A stretch of DNA of 64,000 bases, taken from positions 384,001-448,000 of the forward strand of contig OY820905.2 in the NCBI GenBank assembly GCA_963555755.3. The letters are read 5' to 3'. The notes below the pieces were generated by a model. It saw only the letters and a list, made by a program, of their open reading frames with translations. It was not told the DNA's origin and did no database searches. The position numbers and the translations under genes were made by a program. This document shows, piece by piece, positions 52,102 to 62,533 of the stretch. Origin of the DNA: Nitrospirales bacterium (GTDB lineage Bacteria > Nitrospirota > Nitrospiria > Nitrospirales > UBA8639). Each line of letters starts with the position of its first letter. Within the stretch, counting starts at the first letter, position 1.

Positions 52102-53406
52102 TTGGAGTTGTCTGTGATCACGGCTGAAATTATTGCGGTGGGGTCGGAGTTACTGCTTGGGGGGAGGACGGATACGAATTCTGTGTTTCTGGCTGAGCTG
52201 TTGGCGGAGCAGGGGATTGAGGTTCGGTTTAAGACGGTGGTGGGAGATGAGATTGATGACCTGTGTGGTGCCCTTACGGTGGCTTCGAAACGGGCTAAGA
52301 TTGTTTTGGTCACCGGTGGGCTCGGCCCCACGGTCGATGATTTGACTCGGGAGGCGGTGGCAAAAGTTACGGGGAAGTCTTTAGGCCTTCGGTCCCAAGC
52401 GCTTCGATCTATAAAGGCGCGCTTTCAATTGGCAGGAAGGACGGTTTCGGAAAACCAGCGGCGACAGGCTTTTCTCCCATCCGGGTCTGACCTTCTCCGC
52501 AATTCTGCCGGAACGGCACCCGGCTTCTTTCTACAATGGAAACGATGCCAAATCTTTTGCCTGCCAGGTGTGAGCCACGAAGCTCGAAGAATGTTCACAG
52601 AGTCTGTCGTTCCCATTTTGATTAAACAAGAATATGTGGGGCTGCCAATTGAAATCCGAACCCTTCATACCTTTGGCCTGATCGAAGGGGTCATTGATGA
52701 ACGAATTAAAGGCATGGTTCCGGCATCGAGTGGCATTCGGTTAGGGATGTTGGCTTCCCCACTTGGCGTCTCAATTTCGTTGACGATGAATCATGGCCTC
52801 AACGTCGTAAAAGGTAAGGCTTCAAAGAATGATGAAAATAAAAATAAAGCTTTACTTGAACTATATGCAGATGAAATATCTCGTAAATTAGTTTCCTTTG
52901 TGTACGGGTTTGATGATCAAACAATGGAAGAAATCATTGGGGAGCGTCTCACCGCAAAGGGATTAATCCTGGCTCTTGCTGAAAGTTGTACGGGCGGATT
53001 GATTGGGCACCGACTGACACAAGTGCCCGGAAGCTCAGCCTATGTCGATCGTGGTGTGGTGTGTTACAGCAACCAAGCCAAAATGGAGTTGCTTGGTGTA
53101 TCGGAAAGGGTTCTCATGAAGCATGGGGCGGTCAGTGCTCAAGTCGCCAAGGCAATGGCCAAGGGGATTCGGGAGCGCAGTGCCGTGGATCTTGGGCTGA
53201 GCGTAACGGGTATTGCGGGACCAGGGGGGGGAACTGAAACAAAACCTGTCGGCTTGGTGTATGTTGGGTTAGCCACCCCCAAGAAAACATTTACGAAAGA
53301 ATTCCGATTTCATGGTGATCGAAATATGGTTAAACTGCGGTCGTCTCAGGGGGCATTAGATGTGCTGAGACGGTGGTTGGTCGGGTTACCGATTTCGGAA
53401 AAGTGA
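52102..53406 (+). CDS. cinA: Competence/damage-inducible protein CinA
   Basis: AEIIAVGSELLLG, TGGLGPT.DD, AESCTGG, SVTGIAGPGGG. Confidence 0.95.
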   Translation: MELSVITAEIIAVGSELLLGGRTDTNSVFLAELLAEQGIEVRFKTVVGDEIDDLCGALTVASKRAKIVLVTGGLGPTVDDLTREAVAKVTGKSLGLRSQALRSIKARFQLAGRTVSENQRRQAFLPSGSDLLRNSAGTAPGFFLQWKRCQIFCLPGVSHEARRMFTESVVPILIKQEYVGLPIEIRTLHTFGLIEGVIDERIKGMVPASSGIRLGMLASPLGVSISLTMNHGLNVVKGKASKNDENKNKALLELYADEISRKLVSFVYGFDDQTMEEIIGERLTAKGLILALAESCTGGLIGHRLTQVPGSSAYVDRGVVCYSNQAKMELLGVSERVLMKHGAVSAQVAKAMAKGIRERSAVDLGLSVTGIAGPGGGTETKPVGLVYVGLATPKKTFTKEFRFHGDRNMVKLRSSQGALDVLRRWLVGLPISEK

Positions 53407-53415
53407 GGTGCCTCA

Positions 53416-53991
53416 GTGGCGTTGCGAACATTTCTAGCCATTGACCTTCCGTCGTCCTTGCATTCGGCTATTGGTCAAAAGGAAGAAAATCTAAAACGTG
53501 TATTGACTGGAATTAATTGGGTAAAATCTGGAAATCTCCACATCACCTTGAAGTTTTTTGGTGATACGCCCGAGTCAAAAATTAATGAAATCCAACAAGT
53601 TGTGGAGCAGGCGGTGAACGGGACATCGCCGTTTGAGATCACATTAAGAGGGTTTGGGGTATTCCCTGAGAAACGTGCGCCACGAACGGTGTGGACAGGC
53701 ATTGAGGGTGAGATACAGGTCCTGGAAGATCTGGCCGCCCAGATAGAATTAGCCGTGGTGCCTTTGGGTTTTCCGCAGGAAGGGAGGCCTTTTCGCCCCC
53801 ATTTGACGTTGGCCCGTATAAAAAAAGATCATCATGCCGTGGGACTGGCGATTGAGAAGACGGGGATGTTGTTTGATCCTTTTATTTTTGGTCGATTGCT
53901 TGTTGAGCAAGTCAGTCTTTTTAAAAGCGAACTCCGACCAACTGGGTCGGTGTATACGAAATTATGGGCAGTTCCGCTGGCCAAATCTTAA
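53416..53991 (+). CDS. thpR: RNA 2',3'-cyclic phosphodiesterase
   Basis: Two HxT motifs: LHITLKF and FRPHLTLAR. Confidence 0.93.
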   Translation: MALRTFLAIDLPSSLHSAIGQKEENLKRVLTGINWVKSGNLHITLKFFGDTPESKINEIQQVVEQAVNGTSPFEITLRGFGVFPEKRAPRTVWTGIEGEIQVLEDLAAQIELAVVPLGFPQEGRPFRPHLTLARIKKDHHAVGLAIEKTGMLFDPFIFGRLLVEQVSLFKSELRPTGSVYTKLWAVPLAKS

Positions 53992-54023
53992 AAAAATTAT
54001 GTTCTTTTTACCAAAAGGCATTA

Positions 54024-54166
54024 GGGAATGTTCAAAAAGCATGCCCTCGCGGAGGCGGGGGGTGCGCTCAGCAAGGCCGCAGGCGCTTTGACGCGCGGAG
54101 CGTACGGGAGTACGTGCGCACGACAAAGGGCCGAGAACGCCGCTGACGCCCTTTTTCAACATTCCC
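54024..54166. mobile_element. MITE family C
   Basis: TIRs GGGAATGTTCAAAAAG / CTTTTTCAACATTCCC. Confidence 0.78.
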
Positions 54167-54233
54167 ATTGGCCAAAACTCGACAATTCAGTATGATAGGC
54201 CTCTACGAGGTTCATTTTCATTGAGGAGGCGTT

Positions 54234-55313
54234 ATGAGTCAGCGAGGTGGTGAAAACGAAGGCAAAAAGAAGGCATTAGAACTTGCGGTGACCCAGATAG
54301 AAAAGCAGTTTGGGAAAGGCGCAATCATGAAACTGGGAACAGGGGAGGCTTTGGACGATATCCCTGTGATATCGACTGGGTCGCTTTCCCTGGATTTGGC
54401 ACTTGGGGTTGGCGGATTGCCACGGGGCCGGGTGGTGGAAATTTATGGTCCGGAGTCCTCGGGTAAAACAACCCTCTGCTTGCATGCCATTGCCGAAGCA
54501 CAAAAGGCCGGCGGAACCGCTGCGTTTGTTGATGCTGAACATGCCTTGGATATTACCTATGCCAAAAAACTTGGCATTCAAACAGACGACCTACTGGTGG
54601 CCCAGCCTGATACGGGTGAGCAGGCCTTGGAGATTGTCGAGACGTTGGTGCGGAGCGGGGCCATTGATATCATCGTGATCGACTCCGTAGCGGCGCTTGT
54701 TCCCCGGGCGGAGATCGAGGGGGAGATGGGCGACTCGCACATGGGCCTTCAGGCGCGTTTGATGTCTCAGGCGCTGCGGAAGCTCACTGGGGCGATCTCC
54801 AAGTCCATGACCACGGTGGTTTTCATTAACCAGATTCGCATGAAAATCGGTGTGATGTTTGGGAATCCCGAAACGACCACGGGTGGAAATGCCTTGAAGT
54901 TTTATTCTTCCGTGCGGTTGGACATTCGTCGCATTGAATCGATTAAGGACGGCCAAGAAGTCATGGGGAGTCGCGTGCGGGTGAAAGTCGTGAAAAACAA
55001 GACCGCGCCTCCATTTAAACAAGCCGAGTTCGACATCATGTTTGCGGAAGGCGTATCGAAAGTAGGCGAACTCGTTGATCTGGGCGTCGATAAGAAAATC
55101 GTTGATAAGGCTGGGGCGTGGTACTCCTATAATGAGGAACGACTCGGTCAAGGTCGCGAAGCCGCAAAAACCTTTCTGAAGACGAATGTCGATATTGCCG
55201 ATGAAATTGAACAAAAGATTCGCGAAAAAGCAGGGTTGCTGAAAGTGACGCCAGAAGCAGCTCCTGTGGCCGCACCATCTGAGAAAAAAACTGCCGCTCG
55301 TGGAACTGCGTAA
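54234..55313 (+). CDS. recA: Recombinase RecA
   Basis: [22 protein letters not shown]. Confidence 0.99.
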   Translation: MSQRGGENEGKKKALELAVTQIEKQFGKGAIMKLGTGEALDDIPVISTGSLSLDLALGVGGLPRGRVVEIYGPESSGKTTLCLHAIAEAQKAGGTAAFVDAEHALDITYAKKLGIQTDDLLVAQPDTGEQALEIVETLVRSGAIDIIVIDSVAALVPRAEIEGEMGDSHMGLQARLMSQALRKLTGAISKSMTTVVFINQIRMKIGVMFGNPETTTGGNALKFYSSVRLDIRRIESIKDGQEVMGSRVRVKVVKNKTAPPFKQAEFDIMFAEGVSKVGELVDLGVDKKIVDKAGAWYSYNEERLGQGREAAKTFLKTNVDIADEIEQKIREKAGLLKVTPEAAPVAAPSEKKTAARGTA

Positions 55314-55318
55314 ATGTC

Positions 55319-55402
55319 GAATCGTGAAGCGTAATGCGTGAAGCGTGAAGAAAAAAATATAGTTTTCCCCACTCATCACGCATAACGGTTCACGCATTAC
55401 GG
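55319..55402. repeat. Heptamer-based hairpin repeat between recA and alaS
   Basis: (CGTGAAG)-like units; CGTAATGCGTGAA / TTCACGCATTACG inverted pair. Confidence 0.7.
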
Positions 55403-55430
55403 TTTCCACTCATTAAAGAATCGATCGCTT

Positions 55431-58073
55431 ATGCCCCTTAGTGCTAATGAGCTTCGTCAATCATTCCTGGATTATTTTTCCCAATACGATCACACCGTTG
55501 TGCCGAGCGCTCCGCTCATTCCTCAAGCCGACCCTACTCTTCTGTTTACCAACGCTGGGATGAATCAGTTCAAACGTGTGTTTCTCGGTGAGGAATCTCG
55601 CTCCTATTCCCGTGCTGCCTCTGCACAAAAATGTATGCGGGCTGGAGGCAAGCACAATGACCTTGAAAACGTCGGCTATACCCGGCGGCATCATACCTTC
55701 TTTGAAATGTTGGGCAATTTTTCGTTTGGGGATTATTTCAAGGAAGATGCCATTCGCTACGGGTGGGAGTATTTGACGAAAACCCTTGGCTTGCCTGCTG
55801 ACCAACTCTGGATAACTGTTTTTCAGGATGATAACGAAGCCTTTGAGTTATGGGAGAAAAAGATCGGTGTGCCTTCCGCACGTATCGTCCGGTTGGGGCA
55901 CAAGGAAAATTTTTGGCAAATGGGTGATACGGGACCCTGTGGACCCTGTTCGGAAATCCACATTGATCAGGGCGTGGATCTTGGGTGTGGACGGCCAGAA
56001 TGTGCGGTTGGGTGTGACTGCGATCGCTATTTAGAAATCTGGAATCTTGTGTTTATGCAGTTCGATCGCGATGCCGAAGGCACGCTCCACCCTCTGCCGA
56101 AGCCAAGCATTGATACTGGGATGGGGCTCGAACGGTTGGCTGCCGTCGTTCAAAAGGTGTCGAGCAATTATGACAGCGATGTGTTTATGCCCCTTCTCTC
56201 GGCCATTGCCGAACGGACGGGCCACACGTATGGAAAAGATGCGGTGTCGGACCGATCGTTGCGCGTGATTGCCGATCATTTGCGAGCCATTGCGTTTATG
56301 ATTACCGATGGCATTTTGCCGTCGAACGAAGGTCGGGGATATGTGCTGCGCCGTATTCTTCGACGTGGGTCACGCCATGGCCGTTTATTAGGGATTAAAG
56401 AACCTTTCCTTCATGAGTTAACGGGTACCGTGGTGAGTCAGATGGAAGGGGTCTATCCCGAGTTGCGTCAAGCTGCGAATGTCATTGTCCAAGCCGTCGA
56501 AGGGGAGGAAGAGCGATTTATCGGGACATTAGATCAAGGACTTCCGATTTTGAATACGATGGTCAATGAAGCGAAAGCCGAGATTCGTGGTTCCCTTGAT
56601 GGCGAGAGCGTGTTCAAGTTGTATGACACCTACGGGTTCCCGTTGGATTTGATCGAGGAAGCCGCGCGTGAACAAGGGTTGGTGACGGACCTTGAAGGGT
56701 TTCAACGGGCCTTGGATGCACAACGCGATCGTGCCCGGAAAGCAGGTTCATTTGCCATGGAAGGGGAAAAACCGATTATCACCGAGCTGACCCAGCAGGT
56801 CGGCCCTACGGAATTTGTGGGCTATCAGGTTTTGGAGTCGGAAAGTGTAGTCCAAGCCATCTTGATAAATGAACAGTTAGCTGACGAGGCTGTCGAAGGC
56901 GACGATATCGAGGTTGTTCTGACCGCCACGCCATTTTATCCTGAAGGAGGCGGGCAAGTTGGGGACCAAGGGACTTTAGTAGGTCCCGACGGGCGTATTG
57001 ATGTTCGCGAAACCACGAAGGTCGGCGGAACTCTCTACCTTCACAAGGGCAAAGTGATAGCGGGTCGTGTACGAAAAGGTGAGCACATAGCCGCTTCGGT
57101 AAATGTCGTGACTCGTCACGATGCGGCACGAAATCATACGGCGACACATCTCATGCATGCTGCTCTTCGCGAGATTCTCGGTCCGCATGTGAAGCAATAT
57201 GGATCGCTTGTGGGGCCGAACCGATTGCGCTTCGATTTTTCTCATTTTAAGCCTTTGGGGACGCGTGATGTTGAAGAAATCGAATCGTTGGTCAATCAAC
57301 ACATTCGCGAGAATACCGCAGTCCAAACCGATGTGATGGGTGTCCAAGAGGCCACACAGGCGGGCGCCTTAGCGTTCTTCGGCGATAAGTATGGCGAGCA
57401 TGTCCGTGTGGTGGGCATCGGCGAGTTTAGTAAGGAGTTATGCGGCGGAACTCATTGCCACGCCACGGGCGAAATTGGGACCTTTCGTATTATTTCCGAG
57501 GGTGGCGTGGCCGCTGGAGTGCGGCGCATCGAAGCGTTAACGGGTGTTGGGGCATTGGAGCATAGCAAAAAGGTCGAGTCCGAAGTCCGTGAAATGGCTG
57601 AACTGCTGAAAACGAGTCCCTCAGATGTCCTGACCAAGACCCGCAAACTTGTCTCTCAATTAAAAGACAAAGAACGCGAACTTGAACAACTCAAACTCAA
57701 AATCATGGACCAAGGTACGGGCAATGCCGAAGCCGATGTTCGGGAAGTGAAAGGTGTTCAGGTTCATGTGCAACGCGCTGACGGGTTGTCCATGCAGGAA
57801 CTGCGTCTGTTTTCGGATAAAGTCCGCAATAAGGTTCCCGAAGGCGTGATCGCTTTGGGTTCCGTTGCGGATGACAAAGTCTCCCTGTTGGTGATCGTGT
57901 CCAAGGATCTTTCGAAGAAAATCAAAGCCGGTGATCTCATCAAAGAGATGGCCACCGAAGTCGACGGCTCCGGCGGCGGGCGCCCAGATATGGCACAAGC
58001 CGGTGGGAAAAACCCGGCCGGGTTAAAGCAAGCCTTAGAGAAAGTCTACTCCCTGGTTGAAGCCAAGTTGTAA
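55431..58073 (+). CDS. alaS: Alanine--tRNA ligase
   Basis: LLFTNAGM, HHTFFEMLGNFSFGDYFK, ELCGGTH, GGGRPDMAQAGG. Confidence 0.99.
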   Translation: MPLSANELRQSFLDYFSQYDHTVVPSAPLIPQADPTLLFTNAGMNQFKRVFLGEESRSYSRAASAQKCMRAGGKHNDLENVGYTRRHHTFFEMLGNFSFGDYFKEDAIRYGWEYLTKTLGLPADQLWITVFQDDNEAFELWEKKIGVPSARIVRLGHKENFWQMGDTGPCGPCSEIHIDQGVDLGCGRPECAVGCDCDRYLEIWNLVFMQFDRDAEGTLHPLPKPSIDTGMGLERLAAVVQKVSSNYDSDVFMPLLSAIAERTGHTYGKDAVSDRSLRVIADHLRAIAFMITDGILPSNEGRGYVLRRILRRGSRHGRLLGIKEPFLHELTGTVVSQMEGVYPELRQAANVIVQAVEGEEERFIGTLDQGLPILNTMVNEAKAEIRGSLDGESVFKLYDTYGFPLDLIEEAAREQGLVTDLEGFQRALDAQRDRARKAGSFAMEGEKPIITELTQQVGPTEFVGYQVLESESVVQAILINEQLADEAVEGDDIEVVLTATPFYPEGGGQVGDQGTLVGPDGRIDVRETTKVGGTLYLHKGKVIAGRVRKGEHIAASVNVVTRHDAARNHTATHLMHAALREILGPHVKQYGSLVGPNRLRFDFSHFKPLGTRDVEEIESLVNQHIRENTAVQTDVMGVQEATQAGALAFFGDKYGEHVRVVGIGEFSKELCGGTHCHATGEIGTFRIISEGGVAAGVRRIEALTGVGALEHSKKVESEVREMAELLKTSPSDVLTKTRKLVSQLKDKERELEQLKLKIMDQGTGNAEADVREVKGVQVHVQRADGLSMQELRLFSDKVRNKVPEGVIALGSVADDKVSLLVIVSKDLSKKIKAGDLIKEMATEVDGSGGGRPDMAQAGGKNPAGLKQALEKVYSLVEAKL

Positions 58074-58198
58074 GGCCCAGCCTTGTCCCCCCACGTTTCC
58101 CTGAATTAAATCGAGTCTGACCCTATTTTATTCTGATCTTGGTGTTATGAAATAAGCTTGTCCCCTAATCTGACCCCTTATCGTGAAGAACGCGGTGC

Positions 58199-58260
58199 AC
58201 TTAATATTTGAATGTGGCCCTTTTGCTTTTCGCACGTCCCTCTTGGCTTCAATGTTAGGG
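58199..58260 (-). other. Degenerate attC-like site downstream of the cassette gene
   Basis: Minus strand CCCTAAC containing the gene stop, then imperfect palindrome ending ATTAAGT. Confidence 0.5.
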
Positions 58261-58971
58261 GCGGGCATGGCGAAGTGCCTCAGCTGCTGACTGTATGACC
58301 ATGACCTCGTTCCATGGTATGGCGTGGAACGGCATTTGACCGTTAAGCTGGAGACCAGCGCGTTCAAACTCAATGTTCCGGTGTGATGATACACTCACCC
58401 ACCATTGAACCCCACCGTAAATCATGCCGTAGCAGCGGTGGTCCCCGGACCTTGATTGCACGGCTTGAGACACCATGGGAATGAGACGCTTCGTTTCGTG
58501 GTGGACAACCGCGTAGCCGAAGATTGGGTACTGCGAGTACTCCCCAGGATTTTTAGAGATAAGAAGTTCTCGCAGTTTCTCTTCGTGTGGGCCAAGGGAT
58601 ACTGCAGCGAATGTTGGCAATGAGCTCAGGCTCGCACGGAACAGGACGCTCAAGTGAAAGAGCTTGAATGAAGCATAGTCGAAACACGCCCAGTGAACGT
58701 CCTCGACATTCCAAGGGTTCGGCAAGGGCGCAGCCTCGACCCACTGGGCTCGAAATGGCTTCTCGCAATATTCGTTGAAATGTTGTTCGCATTTTTCACA
58801 GAAGAGGTGTTCTCGAATTCCATTTTGCTGTGCTTTCCACCCGCGATTGCCGCGCCCATTGATGCCCATGAGGTGACCCTTTGTGTTGTAAAGGTTGGCG
58901 TAGAGAAATTCCGGTACGATGTGTGAATTTCGTAGCTCTCGATCAAGATGGCACAGGCGACACAGCGGCAC
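58255..58971 (-). CDS. HNH-like Zn-binding hypothetical protein (gene cassette)
   Basis: CRLC..SHIVPEF..LFCEKCEQHF. Confidence 0.75.
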   Translation of the reverse strand: MPLCRLCHLDRELRNSHIVPEFLYANLYNTKGHLMGINGRGNRGWKAQQNGIREHLFCEKCEQHFNEYCEKPFRAQWVEAAPLPNPWNVEDVHWACFDYASFKLFHLSVLFRASLSSLPTFAAVSLGPHEEKLRELLISKNPGEYSQYPIFGYAVVHHETKRLIPMVSQAVQSRSGDHRCYGMIYGGVQWWVSVSSHRNIEFERAGLQLNGQMPFHAIPWNEVMVIQSAAEALRHARP

Positions 58972-58977
58972 ATCAAC

Positions 58978-59046
58978 CTCTAACGTGCGAATTAACCGGC
59001 TGGCGCGATTTTACCGAACCAGCTGGTGTTGAATGAAAAGTTAGGC
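58978..59046 (-). other. attC-like integron recombination site
   Basis: Minus strand GCCTAAC...GTTAGAG, 69-bp imperfect palindrome with TTCAAC / GTTAA inner boxes. Confidence 0.72.
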
Positions 59047-59513
59047 ATAAAATTCGACTCCGATCTCAACGACAATTTCAAGGTTCGGTCAGGGCGATAT
59101 AAATATTGATCGCCACGCTATCTGTAATTATTCCCGGATAGGAATTGGTAATCATGTTGATTACATTCTGCTTAAAAAGGGGTCAATCTTAAAAAGGGGT
59201 CAATCTTATTTAATAATGTGTATAGGACCAGGTTGAGGTGAACACGACTTTTTCTACTTCACGATGGCCACCAATATCATACATGTCGGTTTTGCGCCCA
59301 GCTACCGTTTCTATAATGTTTTAACTTTCAAAAACGACTTTTCCTCCCACTCCAACTCCCAGCTTCTGCCGAAGCGGTTTCGCGCAGGCAGGTCTCCCAA
59401 TAGGTGTGGGGGGCTTTGAGGTGCCTATGTTGAGGTTAAAACACTGTAGTAAAATGCGGAAAACTTATCGTTCCTGGGCGAGTGTAATGCGGAGTTCTTT
59501 GAATATCCCTGGC

Positions 59514-59924
59514 TTACTTTTGATCGAGGGCAAACTTGGAAAAAGAAGAAAAGTCTTCCAATCGATCAGTAATAATCACTTTGATGATTTCATAATTCAG
59601 GTCGGTATAGTCATGAACGGCTACATTGCGAAACCCAACCATTCTTTTCATCCGTTTCGCAAGTTCACGGTCCAGCAGACCTGCCTTTTCCAGCAATTCA
59701 AACGCTTCCCGGCTTTCCTGAGGAATGCCGAGCCCTTTTTTTCTCACCAAATGCATGCCCAAATCAATAGAGGCTTCACACGCACGTTGAAGATTGAGAA
59801 TAATGGAGTCTTGTCTGGTGACGTCCTCAAAGAGATTTTTCTCGCTGTTGGCATACACTTCCTGAATTCGAGTTAAGCATCGTTCGATGGTGGCGACTTT
59901 ATTGAGTATGACATCATCGGGCAT
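59514..59924 (-). CDS. hepT: HEPN (DUF86) toxin, HepT-like
   Basis: LNLQRACEASID, GFRNVAVHDY (Rx4H). Confidence 0.9.
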   Translation of the reverse strand: MPDDVILNKVATIERCLTRIQEVYANSEKNLFEDVTRQDSIILNLQRACEASIDLGMHLVRKKGLGIPQESREAFELLEKAGLLDRELAKRMKRMVGFRNVAVHDYTDLNYEIIKVIITDRLEDFSSFSKFALDQK

Positions 59925-60315
59925 ATACGGATCCCCGTTTTTGAATATCGTCTAAGATCGAACGCCGTTCTTCATTTAGCCGAGCATATGAGGAATACAC
60001 TAATGTCTCAAAATGCTCTTGCTCCGCATTATTAGCCGAGAACAAACATTGACCAGTTGAAATGACTTGCATTCGCATCACGGTTGAAGCTTCGCGTAAA
60101 TCGACTAGATCAACATTTTTTTGAACCAATGAGGCGATTTCTTGTTCGAGGTCAAAGCGTTGAACAGGTGATAAAGGGATTGACGCAAGAAACGCCACGT
60201 CGACATCGCTCTCTTTATTGGTGCCCCCTTGTATTTGTGAACCAAAATGATAGATTGCAATAAGGTTCGGGATTGCCCCCTTCAATTTCGCAACTAGAGC
60301 CTCGATTTTCGCCAT
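59914..60315 (-). CDS. mntA: Minimal nucleotidyltransferase antitoxin, MntA-like
   Basis: YHFGSQ..SDVDVA..VDLVDL. Confidence 0.9.
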   Translation of the reverse strand: MAKIEALVAKLKGAIPNLIAIYHFGSQIQGGTNKESDVDVAFLASIPLSPVQRFDLEQEIASLVQKNVDLVDLREASTVMRMQVISTGQCLFSANNAEQEHFETLVYSSYARLNEERRSILDDIQKRGSVYAR

Positions 60316-60878
60316 CGAACCAATCCCCCTGAAAATTTTTCTCGCACACACACTCGATCACAGGGTGAAGGTATTTAACCTTTTTGCTAAATACCTTCAA
60401 AAGTAATTCTATTGTAATCACAGACAATGAATAATGAAACCCCTTCTTCGGTAAGGCTTAACCAATAAAGTTGAAACGCAAAGCGTGAAAGTTGGAAGCA
60501 GCGGTTGGAAATCTTGGGACCCTTTTACTGTCGCAGGGGCGACTGTGCTCAGGGCGAACGGATTTCTCACCAATTGCGGCAGCCTCGTATGCTGACTCTT
60601 CATGGGGGTGGGGCACGGGAAGCGGGCACGATGAGATCGTGCAGCTACCAAAAAAGCCAAATGGGGACCCCTACAAGGAGGATGCTGCGCTCTGCTTGGG
60701 CATCATGACAGAATGGTCACTCAATTGCTCCCGATTCCACTAAAATTTCCACTGGTCCAAAAAATTGTTCGGAAGGGAGGGGATCTTTGAGTTTATAACA
60801 ATAAAGTGTCAGTTTCTCGTTGCGTTAACCGACATCGATAAGCAGAATAGGCGGTAGTATGGTTGTCAATGATACATT

Positions 60879-61916
60879 TTGAAAACTCTTGATTGGATTC
60901 TAGCTTCAATGCGTAGATGGACGATGACGATTCTGGCGAGTGTTGTTCTCCTTGGTATGGGAGGAGGGCTTGTCTTTCTTTTCCAGCTTCAACCTTTCGG
61001 AAATCCCTCCCAGCGTCAGATTATTGAAATCCCTACTGGTTCTTCTTTTACTGATGTCGCAAGTTTGCTTCATCAACGGCATCTCATAAAAAGTGATTGG
61101 GCCTTTACCTGGATGGGGAGACTCCTAGGAGCCGATCGCAATATCATTCCGGGTGAATATGAGTTTCAAGGCGGGATGGCCCCGAATGATGTCCTTCACA
61201 AAATCACCAAGGGTGAGGTTCTCCAATATGCCGTAACCATTCCCGAAGGGTATTCGATTGAGCAAATCGCTGAGGTGTTGCAAGAGAAGGGGCTCGTTGA
61301 GCAGGACGTATTTGTTCAATTAACCAGAAACTCGCAGTTCCTCGCCCAGCTCGGGTTTCAGCTTCATGACTTGGAGGGATACCTGTTTCCTGACACGTAT
61401 CATTTCACTCGTCATATGAAACCCGAGGCCATTATTCAAACCATGGTCGCCCGATTTAAACAGTCGTGGACTCCACAGTTGCAGGAACGGGCTTCGGAAC
61501 TTGGCATGTCCTTGCATCAAACTATGACGCTGGCTTCGGTGATTGAAAAAGAAACTGGGCTTTCACAGGAACGTGGATTAATTTCGGGGGTCTTTCACAA
61601 TCGACTCAGGAAAAAGATTCCCCTTCAAAGTGATCCGACCGTTATTTACGCCTTCGATCGGTTTGATGGCAACCTGCGTAAAAAGGATTTGGATGTGGAC
61701 AGTCCGTACAATACCTATCGTGTGCGAGGACTTCCTCCGGGGCCGATTGCCAATCCGGGTGAAGCTTCGATTCATGCCGCCTTGTTTCCCATTCCCACCA
61801 ACTATCTGTACTTTGTGTCCCGCAATGATGGAAGCCATCAATTTTCCGCCACCTTGGCCGAACATAATCGGGCTGTGAAAAAGTTTCAGTTGCAACAGCG
61901 CCGGCGTTCTTCGTAA
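60879..61916 (+). CDS. mltG: Endolytic transglycosylase MltG
   Basis: TIPEG, EGYLFPDTY, LASVIEKET, LQSDPT, SPYNTY..GLPPGPI. Confidence 0.96.
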   Translation: MKTLDWILASMRRWTMTILASVVLLGMGGGLVFLFQLQPFGNPSQRQIIEIPTGSSFTDVASLLHQRHLIKSDWAFTWMGRLLGADRNIIPGEYEFQGGMAPNDVLHKITKGEVLQYAVTIPEGYSIEQIAEVLQEKGLVEQDVFVQLTRNSQFLAQLGFQLHDLEGYLFPDTYHFTRHMKPEAIIQTMVARFKQSWTPQLQERASELGMSLHQTMTLASVIEKETGLSQERGLISGVFHNRLRKKIPLQSDPTVIYAFDRFDGNLRKKDLDVDSPYNTYRVRGLPPGPIANPGEASIHAALFPIPTNYLYFVSRNDGSHQFSATLAEHNRAVKKFQLQQRRRSS

Positions 61917-62065
61917 ATTCGACGAATCATGATTTATATTTTCATGAGTGCCTTGCGAAGTTATGGCACTTGCTTTTTCTGATGAATCAACCCCTCACCC
62001 TTCCCTCTCCCCTCAGGGGCGAGGGTTACATGACATATACTCGTTGAAAGTTAAAATTCTTTACC

Positions 62066-62533
62066 ATGTCTTTTGAACAACGTTTAACCGAACTGGGCTT
62101 GATCTTGCCCGCTCCTCCCAAGCCGATGGCCACGTATGTTCCTTACGCGCAGGTTGGAAACCTGCTTTTTCTTAGTGGGGTGGTTCCAACCCGCGATGGC
62201 CGAATTGTGTATCAAGGAAAACTGGGGCGTGACGTTTCCAAAGAAGAAGGCTATGAAGCCACGAAACTGACTTTACTCAATGCGCTGGCCAATATCCGTT
62301 TGGCCGTGGGCACTCTAGACCGGGTGAAGCAGATCGTGAAGATGACGGGATATGTGGCCTCCCATGATGGGTTTGTTGAGCAACCCTCTGTCATAAATGG
62401 CGCGTCGGATCTACTCGTGGAAATTTTCGGTGATGCCGGGCGGCATGCGCGGGTCGCTGTTGGAGTCGCGGAATTACCCCTTGGGGTTCCTGTGGAGCTC
62501 GAGTTGATTGTTGAAGTTTTTCCTGCCTCTTAG
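62066..62533 (+). CDS. RidA/YjgF-family protein
   Basis: YVPY.QVGNLLFLSG, NGASDLLVEIFG..GRHARVAVG. Confidence 0.93.
   Translation: MSFEQRLTELGLILPAPPKPMATYVPYAQVGNLLFLSGVVPTRDGRIVYQGKLGRDVSKEEGYEATKLTLLNALANIRLAVGTLDRVKQIVKMTGYVASHDGFVEQPSVINGASDLLVEIFGDAGRHARVAVGVAELPLGVPVELELIVEVFPAS

Noticed and set aside
54591..55409. 272-aa ORF antisense to recA and similar shadow ORFs
   Set aside because: Opposite-strand artefacts of conserved genes
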